Assembly: GCA_020346225.1 (NCBI GenBank)
Contig: CP070777.1
Location: 141,599-193,322, forward strand
DNA from: Candidatus Zixiibacteriota bacterium
GTDB lineage: Bacteria; Zixibacteria; MSB-5A5; GN15; FEB-12
Direction: 5' to 3'
DNA length: 51,724 bases
Made by a program: the position numbers and the translations under genes. Below, one piece after another: positions 45,399-51,724 of the stretch (position 1 is the stretch's first letter; each line of letters opens with the position of its first letter). The notes beneath the pieces are model-generated. The model searched no databases and was not told the origin of the DNA. It saw only the letters and a list, made by a program, of their open reading frames with translations.

Positions 45399-48074
45399 AT
45401 GGGAGGATTCCTGCCCGTGGCGGCAGATGAAGCTCACGACGGTCGGACTGAGTCCATTGTCGCTCTGGTAGCCGGCGCTAAGGTTTTACACTACAAGATC
45501 ATCAGCAAAGTTGGCTCGGGCGGGATGGGTGACGTATATCTTGCTGAGGATACTGAGCTCGACCGCCGCGTGGCCCTGAAATTCCTTCCAGCAACTCTCA
45601 GCCGGGACGAGCAGTGCCGGGCCCGGTTCAGGCGCGAGGCGCAAGCTACCGCCAGGCTCAGTCACGCCAACATAGTCGCTATCCACGAGGTTTCCGAGTT
45701 TCAGGGCCGGCCCTTCTTCGCCATGGATTACGTCTCTGACAAATCGCTCAAGGATTATACCTCGCAGCAAGGGGCTTCCTTGTCGGAGATCCTTGATCTG
45801 GCCATGGAAATCTGTGAAGGTCTTTCCGCGGCACATAAGGCCGGCGTAATTCATCGCGACATCAAGCCGAGCAACATACTAATCGACGAATCCGGAAGAC
45901 CCAGGATCGTCGATTTCGGTATTGCGCACGTCAGGGGTAAGGAGAAGCTGACCGCGACCGGCTCAACTGTCGGAACGACCGAGTATATGTCGCCCGAACA
46001 GGCTGAGGGCAGGCCGCTGGACGCACGCTCCGACCTGTTCTCACTGGGAATCGTTATTTACGAAATGATAACTGGTCGGCTGCCGTTTACCGGTGAATAT
46101 AACCAGGCCGTTATCTACTCCATTCTCCATCATACGCCGGAGCCGTTGGCGCGATACAAATCCGACGTACCGGCCGAACTTCAGCACGCTCTGGAAAAGG
46201 CACTGCAGAAGGACCCGGCCATGCGTTACCAGGGTGTTGCCGAGTTTCTGGCCGACCTCCGGCTGGTGAAGCATCAGATGGAATCGACCGAACTGATGAT
46301 AACAGCGAAACGGCCATTGCCGCGGCTCCTGTCGCTGCGCGCCGCGCTGACCGGGGCAATGGTGGTGGCGGGGTTGGCGCTGCTTTTGTGGATTAGTCCG
46401 GCGACCCGGCATTCGGCTCAAAGACTATTGGGTATAGCCCGGGTGTCGGGGGTTCGACATCTGGCGGTGCTGCCGTTCATGAGCCTGGGGGAGGCTCCCG
46501 AAGGTCAGGCTCTTTGCGACGGCTTGCTGGAAACATTGACCAGCAAGCTCACCGAAATAGAGCAGTTCCAGGGTTCCCTCTGGGTGGTGCCGGCCAGCGA
46601 GGTCCGGCAGCGTAAGGTCGTCAGCGCCGGCCAGGCGCACCGGGCTTTCGGAGCCAACCTCGCCGTAACCGGCAGCGTGCAGCATCTTGATGGCGACATC
46701 CGCATGACTCTTAACCTGGTTGATACGAAAACGCAGAGACAGCTTGACTCTAGGGTCATAGATGATTCGGCCGCCAGCGTTTCGGCGCTTCAGGATTCGA
46801 CCGTTCTCATGCTGGCGGAAATGCTGGAGGTACAACTTCAACCTGAACAGCGGCAGCGTCTGATGGCCGGAGCAACCACCCGGCGTGAGGCCTACCTCCA
46901 TTACGTCAAGGCCCGCGGTTATCTGGCCCGATACGAGAAATTGGAGAATGTCGACACGGCCATTGCATCATTTCGGCAGGCGCTCGAAGAAGACCCCGAC
47001 TATGCCATGGCCTACGCCGGGCTGGGAGAAGCCTACTGGAGAAAATACGAAATTCTTGCCGAGCCCCGATGGGAAGATCTGGCCATATATAACAGTCAGC
47101 GCGCTATCGAACTGGATGACGGGGTAGCACCCGTCTACGCCACACTGGGTGTGATTCATCACGGACGCGGCCGATACGAGGAGGCTATCGAACAGTTCCA
47201 AAAGTCTCTGACGCTCGATTCGGTCAGCCGCAGTTCTCTTCGCGGCCTGGCCGCCGCGTACAAGGCGCTCAACATGGATGCTGCCGCCGAATCCACGTAC
47301 CAGAGAATCACGGAATTATGGCCCGATCACTGGAGGGGCTATGTTGACCTGGGGCTCTTCTACTTCCAACGCGGTCGAACTGGTGATGCTCTGGCGCAGG
47401 CGGACTTCGTTGCCGGACTGGAGCCGGAGGGTTATCATGGGTGGAATAATCTGGGTGTTCTGTACTTCAATCTGGGGCAAGTCGAGGATGCGCGCGCCGC
47501 GTGGGTACGATCATGGGAGATTGAACCGACCTACGGGACCTGCTCTAACCTCGGACTTGTCTACCATATGGAAAACCGGTACGGCGAGGCAGCCGAGATG
47601 TACAGGCAGGCCCTCGAATTGAACGATCGTGATTATCGGCTCTGGGTGAATCTGGCCTCGGCGCTGTGCGAGATTCCGGGCGCCCGTGAGGAGATGATCG
47701 CCGCATATCAGCAGGCCATCGAAAGAGCGCAGCGGCAATTGACAATTAACCCTCGCGACAAGCAAATACATTCCAGCCTGGCCGACTGCTACGTCGTCCT
47801 GGGCCAGCGTGAGAAAGCACTATCGCACATACAACAGGCGCTGTCCCTGGCGCCGGATGACGTGGACGTCATGAGCACGGCCGGTATTGTTTACGAACGT
47901 CTGGGTGAGCGAGATACCGCCCTGATGTGGGTGGCAAAAGCTATCGGCGGCGGATACCCCTCCGAATACATCGAGTCGCTTCCCGAAATGCAGAACCTTA
48001 CGCGCGATCCCAGGTATCAGATTCTGCTGCAGGGAGATAGCGCCACCAATAAGAATGGCAATTCACAACAGTAA
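45399..48074 (+). CDS. Hanks-type Ser/Thr protein kinase with TM helix, TolB-N-like domain and TPR array
   Basis: GSGGMGDVY, VALK, HRDIKPSN, DFG, YMSPEQ; LAVLPF domain; multiple TPRs. Confidence 0.95.
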   Translation: MGGFLPVAADEAHDGRTESIVALVAGAKVLHYKIISKVGSGGMGDVYLAEDTELDRRVALKFLPATLSRDEQCRARFRREAQATARLSHANIVAIHEVSEFQGRPFFAMDYVSDKSLKDYTSQQGASLSEILDLAMEICEGLSAAHKAGVIHRDIKPSNILIDESGRPRIVDFGIAHVRGKEKLTATGSTVGTTEYMSPEQAEGRPLDARSDLFSLGIVIYEMITGRLPFTGEYNQAVIYSILHHTPEPLARYKSDVPAELQHALEKALQKDPAMRYQGVAEFLADLRLVKHQMESTELMITAKRPLPRLLSLRAALTGAMVVAGLALLLWISPATRHSAQRLLGIARVSGVRHLAVLPFMSLGEAPEGQALCDGLLETLTSKLTEIEQFQGSLWVVPASEVRQRKVVSAGQAHRAFGANLAVTGSVQHLDGDIRMTLNLVDTKTQRQLDSRVIDDSAASVSALQDSTVLMLAEMLEVQLQPEQRQRLMAGATTRREAYLHYVKARGYLARYEKLENVDTAIASFRQALEEDPDYAMAYAGLGEAYWRKYEILAEPRWEDLAIYNSQRAIELDDGVAPVYATLGVIHHGRGRYEEAIEQFQKSLTLDSVSRSSLRGLAAAYKALNMDAAAESTYQRITELWPDHWRGYVDLGLFYFQRGRTGDALAQADFVAGLEPEGYHGWNNLGVLYFNLGQVEDARAAWVRSWEIEPTYGTCSNLGLVYHMENRYGEAAEMYRQALELNDRDYRLWVNLASALCEIPGAREEMIAAYQQAIERAQRQLTINPRDKQIHSSLADCYVVLGQREKALSHIQQALSLAPDDVDVMSTAGIVYERLGERDTALMWVAKAIGGGYPSEYIESLPEMQNLTRDPRYQILLQGDSATNKNGNSQQ

Positions 48075-48166
48075 TCTTGGAAACGGAAGAACATCACGCA
48101 GGATAATATACCCGTAAATTAGACAAACACGAGGGCGCTTTGCCCTCAATAGAGACGGAGGATAAC

Positions 48167-48448
48167 ATGATACGCTACGTGGTGATTTTGAAAGACGGCG
48201 ACGAGTACAAAGTCGCAGGAGGTCGCCTGAAAGCTGAAAGGGGACACACCGTACGCTTTTACAACTTTGCCGACGCCCCGGCGACTGTATCGTTCGACAC
48301 CGTGAAGCCGATTGCTGACTTCACCCTCGAAACCGAAGGCGGAAAGAAAGACTGGCCCGGAATTGAGTCCGGCTATTACCCCTATACCGTGATGGTCGGC
48401 AAACAGGAGGCGACGGCTTCAAAGCCGATAGTAATCGTCTATCCGTGA
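48167..48448 (+). CDS. small beta-rich hypothetical protein (cupredoxin-like strand pattern, no Cu ligands)
   Basis: GGAGG 6 nt before the ATG at 48167; GHTVRFYN...GYYPYTV...PIVIV. Confidence 0.65.
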   Translation: MIRYVVILKDGDEYKVAGGRLKAERGHTVRFYNFADAPATVSFDTVKPIADFTLETEGGKKDWPGIESGYYPYTVMVGKQEATASKPIVIVYP

Positions 48449-48609
48449 TGTGAAGCCGGTTCTCTCTCCCCACCTTTCCGTCACGAAGCCGACTCATCGC
48501 GCACAAGTGTCCAAACTGTGCCGCTGTGGAAGCGGCCCGGGCGGAGTTGCGCAAGAAAACGGCAACGGCCGAAGTCTGTGTGCACCCACTCAAGCCGTGC
48601 AAGCGACTG

Positions 48610-49407
48610 TTATTTCAGGTCCCGGGCACAACGAAAGCCGACGTTGAAATCGCGCCAGTTTGCCGGCAGAGCGTTGCGGAAGTAGACCCGGCAACAGCTG
48701 GGGCCGGAGTGCCAGCCGCCACCGCGTATGACCCGGAATTTTCCCGATTCCGGCCCCTGTGGATTTCGGCCGGGACTGACGGCATAATAATCTGCCGAGT
48801 AGCGGTCGAATACCCACTCCACCACATTTCCGGCCATGTCGTATAGCCCGTAGCCGTTGGGGGGGTAACTTCCTGCGGGGACCAGCCCCTTGGCAACCCC
48901 TCCCACCGTGAAATTCGCCTGAGTTGAATCCAATTTGCCGCCCAGCGGAAACCTTTTGCCGATCAAACCTCCTCTGGCCGCATATTCCCATTCAGCTTCC
49001 GTTGGCAGGCGCTTGCCGGCCCACTCAGCATAAGCGGCAGCATCACTCCAGCTCACGCCGACCACAGGGTAATCGGGGAAATCCGGCCCGGAATGAAAGT
49101 CCTTCTTGCCCCAGAATTCGGGCAGCTGGTGGCCGGTCTCCTCACAGAACCGGTAGAACTGAGCGTTGGTGACCTCGTACCTGTCGATGTAGAACGAGTC
49201 AATATGAACTGCGTGGGCCGGAGCGTGGTCGCCGTCACTGCTGTCGCCCATCAGAAACTCGCCGCCGGGGATGAGAACAAGCTCAACCGCGACCTCTGAT
49301 GTCGTTGTGCCGTTTTCCGCCGCACTGGTGCCGGACATCGGCAGCAGCAACGCGATAAGCACCGTAAGTGTGGTCACATTATCCTTTGATCTGACAATTC
49401 CATGCAA
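48610..49407 (-). CDS. formylglycine-generating enzyme (SUMF1/FGE-sulfatase) domain protein, exported
   Basis: PGGEFLMG, EVTNAQF, RLPTEAEWEYAARGG, PNGYGLYDMAGNV.EW, RGGGW, GFRC. Confidence 0.92.
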   Translation of the reverse strand: MHGIVRSKDNVTTLTVLIALLLPMSGTSAAENGTTTSEVAVELVLIPGGEFLMGDSSDGDHAPAHAVHIDSFYIDRYEVTNAQFYRFCEETGHQLPEFWGKKDFHSGPDFPDYPVVGVSWSDAAAYAEWAGKRLPTEAEWEYAARGGLIGKRFPLGGKLDSTQANFTVGGVAKGLVPAGSYPPNGYGLYDMAGNVVEWVFDRYSADYYAVSPGRNPQGPESGKFRVIRGGGWHSGPSCCRVYFRNALPANWRDFNVGFRCARDLK

Positions 49408-49434
49408 GCCGGCCCTTCGAGCCGAATACGGTGT

Positions 49435-51723
49435 CTACCTCAGGGTGAGTGGCAACTTTATGGTTACGACGGTACCGCGGCCTGCTTCGCTCTCGATGCC
49501 GATCTCTCCCTTGTGGTCACGGACAATCTGGTAGGCGATAGCCAGGCCCATGCCGGTTCCGATGCCGCGGCTTTTGGTGGTATAACCCGGGTCAAAAATT
49601 CTCTCGAGGTTGTCGCTCTCCACGCCGATTCCGGTATCCCGCACCTGCACCACCGCCATTCCGTCGTCAGAGTATGTCCTGATTGTGATTTCTCCGCGCT
49701 CACGGATGGCCTCGATCGCATTCATGATGACGTTCAGGAAAACCTGATTCAGGTAGCCGGGATAGCAGGGGATCATGGGTAGTTCACCGTACTGCCGGTT
49801 GACGATGACGTGCTGTTTCATCTGCGGGTGCAAAAGCTCCAGCGTCTCGTCCAGGCAGTCCGCCAGAGTTACCCTTTGTAGCTCGGCCTCATCCAGGCGC
49901 GCGAAACTTCTGAGCTTTCTCACGATTCGATCCACCCGGTCGGAGCCGTCTGCAATCGAAATGTTGATGTTTTCCAACGCTTCCACCGACTTCAAGAGGT
50001 CGCCGACCACCCCTGGCTCGATTTCCGCTTGGCTGATTTGCCGCCGAAGAAGACTGATCATCCGGGTAGCGGTATTGTTGCTGCTGGCGATGCCGGAAAG
50101 CGGACTGTTTATCTCGTGAGCGATGCCGGCGACCAGCTTGCCCAGCGAAGCCATCTTCTCCGACTGTACCAGTTTGGTCTGGGCCGCTTTCAGATTGTCC
50201 AGTGTGTTTTGCAGTTCGTTGCCGGCCTGCTCCAGTTTGTCGCGCTGGCTGGATATTACGCCAAGATTCCGCCGGATTTTCCGCCGGTGATAGTTTGTAA
50301 ATATCAGGGCAATTACAAGAACAGCGAAGACGCCGTACAACGTGCGCTGATTTCTTACCAAGAACGTTCCGACAATGCTCAAGAAGGGTCGCTTCTCAAA
50401 ATACAGCAGGTGCATCCTGGGTTTGTTGTCGTCTCTCAGCAGTAGGGCGCGTCCCGGCTCGGCAAAATCGACATCTGTGAGGAATGACTGGTGAAAATCG
50501 AAATTGCCGTCGATCTGAGCCAGTACATCGAAGGAGTTGCCCAGAAGCATCGTCTTGCCGTCGTCAGTGGAAACAATCAGTTGGTTCTTTCCGTTGCCCA
50601 GAAATTCCTGGCACCGCCACAACTCGATGGCACCTGGAAACTCATATCGATTCAGAGCCTGAAGTTGTCCGTTGCAGACTGTTACGATGCCGTCGGAGGT
50701 GCTGATGATAATTTCGTCCAGCCCGTCACTGTCAAGGTCGCCCGTAACGACACCCTCGACGCCGACGCCCGAGGAAAACCGCATGGAGTCGACCGGGGTC
50801 CCATCCGGTTCGAAGACGTAGAGGAAAGCACCGCTTTCAGGCGCCAGGCTCGAATCCCCGGGCACACCCGGGTTTGTCCAGGTGAGCACCTCATCAGCGC
50901 CGTCACCGTCGGTGTCGATGGCGCCCGCCCACGAATAACTGAAGATCCCCGCCGGAGCCTTACTCCACAGCAACTCGCCCGAGGTATTGAGACAGAGAAC
51001 GTAGGAGTGGCGGTCATCCATGGTGGGCGTGCTGACGGCATTGCCCATGGAACATACCGAAACCAAAATCAGATCTGCGCCGCGATTGTCCCGAGCCAGA
51101 ACGGCCGGGTTGGGCAGTCCCGGAAGATCCTGTTTCCAAAGCAGCGAGTCGTTCTTCCAGTCAAGGCACCAGAGTCCTCGGGGGTATAGGTCGAATCCGG
51201 CAAACACCGTCATGAGCAGTTCAGCGTAACCGTCGCCGTTCAAGTCGCTGGCCACGAAGGTCGTGATTCCGCCATCCCAGCGGCCGTTTTTGTTATAGTC
51301 GTTTGGCGTTAGTAGGCGTCGCTTGTAAGCGATCGAGTCATCGACCGTGATGATCTCAAGCCAGACGTCCGGGCCATCTGTATAAGCTACTACAATGTCG
51401 CTGTTACCGTCGCCGTCAAGGTCGGCGGCGCCATGATGCATGAATTGCCAGATATACCTGTTCGCCTGTCTGATAGCACCGGTTGTTTGCAGGTCCGGCC
51501 GAAAGATGACGAAACTCAGGGTATCCCCGCGCCAGTGACTGCAGATCTCGTAAGCGCCGGACGCCGACTGGTCCGCGTATCGAATGGGAACGAAAGCGGC
51601 CTTGGCAGAGAGGAGTGGGATTGTACGTTGAGTTCGAAACTGGTACGTGAGCAGCGCCTCGTCGACGACAGGCTCAACCTTTTTGATCGCGAGACTCCGA
51701 CCGGCAAGGAGAAGAATCGAAAG
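49435..51723 (-). CDS. membrane sensor histidine kinase with extracytoplasmic FG-GAP/VCBS repeats; 5' end outside the window
   Basis: DLDGDG / DLNGDG / DTDGDG / DLDSDG repeats, TM helix, QSEKMASLG..AGIAHEINSP, NQVFLN, DTGIG, GTGMGL. The frame stays open upstream of 51441 to the window edge (LSILLLAGRSLA...). Confidence 0.92.
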   Translation of the reverse strand, partial: LSILLLAGRSLAIKKVEPVVDEALLTYQFRTQRTIPLLSAKAAFVPIRYADQSASGAYEICSHWRGDTLSFVIFRPDLQTTGAIRQANRYIWQFMHHGAADLDGDGNSDIVVAYTDGPDVWLEIITVDDSIAYKRRLLTPNDYNKNGRWDGGITTFVASDLNGDGYAELLMTVFAGFDLYPRGLWCLDWKNDSLLWKQDLPGLPNPAVLARDNRGADLILVSVCSMGNAVSTPTMDDRHSYVLCLNTSGELLWSKAPAGIFSYSWAGAIDTDGDGADEVLTWTNPGVPGDSSLAPESGAFLYVFEPDGTPVDSMRFSSGVGVEGVVTGDLDSDGLDEIIISTSDGIVTVCNGQLQALNRYEFPGAIELWRCQEFLGNGKNQLIVSTDDGKTMLLGNSFDVLAQIDGNFDFHQSFLTDVDFAEPGRALLLRDDNKPRMHLLYFEKRPFLSIVGTFLVRNQRTLYGVFAVLVIALIFTNYHRRKIRRNLGVISSQRDKLEQAGNELQNTLDNLKAAQTKLVQSEKMASLGKLVAGIAHEINSPLSGIASSNNTATRMISLLRRQISQAEIEPGVVGDLLKSVEALENINISIADGSDRVDRIVRKLRSFARLDEAELQRVTLADCLDETLELLHPQMKQHVIVNRQYGELPMIPCYPGYLNQVFLNVIMNAIEAIRERGEITIRTYSDDGMAVVQVRDTGIGVESDNLERIFDPGYTTKSRGIGTGMGLAIAYQIVRDHKGEIGIESEAGRGTVVTIKLPLTLR

Positions 51724-51724
51724 G

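Noticed and set aside
1-51724. Genome-wide TGA reassignment (genetic code 4 or 25)
   Set aside because: Many complete genes end in TGA at their natural C-termini (e.g. 10968, 24334, 45200) and long ORFs have no internal TGA.

Overview
Gene-dense bacterial window (about 45 CDS; no rRNA, tRNA, CRISPR array, integrase or transposase recognised). Two secreted proteins carry the QNxPNPFN...YNIxGR C-terminal sorting domain, which suggests an FCB-group organism such as a Zixibacteria-like lineage (inference). Most of the window is peptide scavenging and envelope function: S9, S8-PKD, S46 and HExxH peptidases, two beta-lactamase-family serine hydrolases, two MBL-TPR paralogs, a transglutaminase and an APC-USP permease, plus a Ser/Thr kinase-TPR and an FG-GAP histidine kinase. 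The main result is at 4.6-9.1 kb. A Cys-tailed ECF sigma/anti-sigma pair precedes a cluster of small Cys-rich proteins, and the cluster contains an AhpD/CMD-family gene that the ORF track truncates at an in-frame TGA. That TGA completes a CxxU motif and has a SECIS-like hairpin 20 nt downstream. A second TGA at the penultimate codon (PWYG-U-G-stop) has its own hairpin at 19 nt. This suggests a two-selenocysteine AhpD-like protein with a C-terminal Sec-Gly tail. Other leads are an orphan toxin-tip-like gene with its own promoter, a wHTH regulator with an RRE/PqqD-like second domain, a sigma54-type promoter on a radical SAM-methyltransferase fusion, and an S46 peptidase with Cys at its specificity position. 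All family assignments are from motif recognition by eye; no searches were run.
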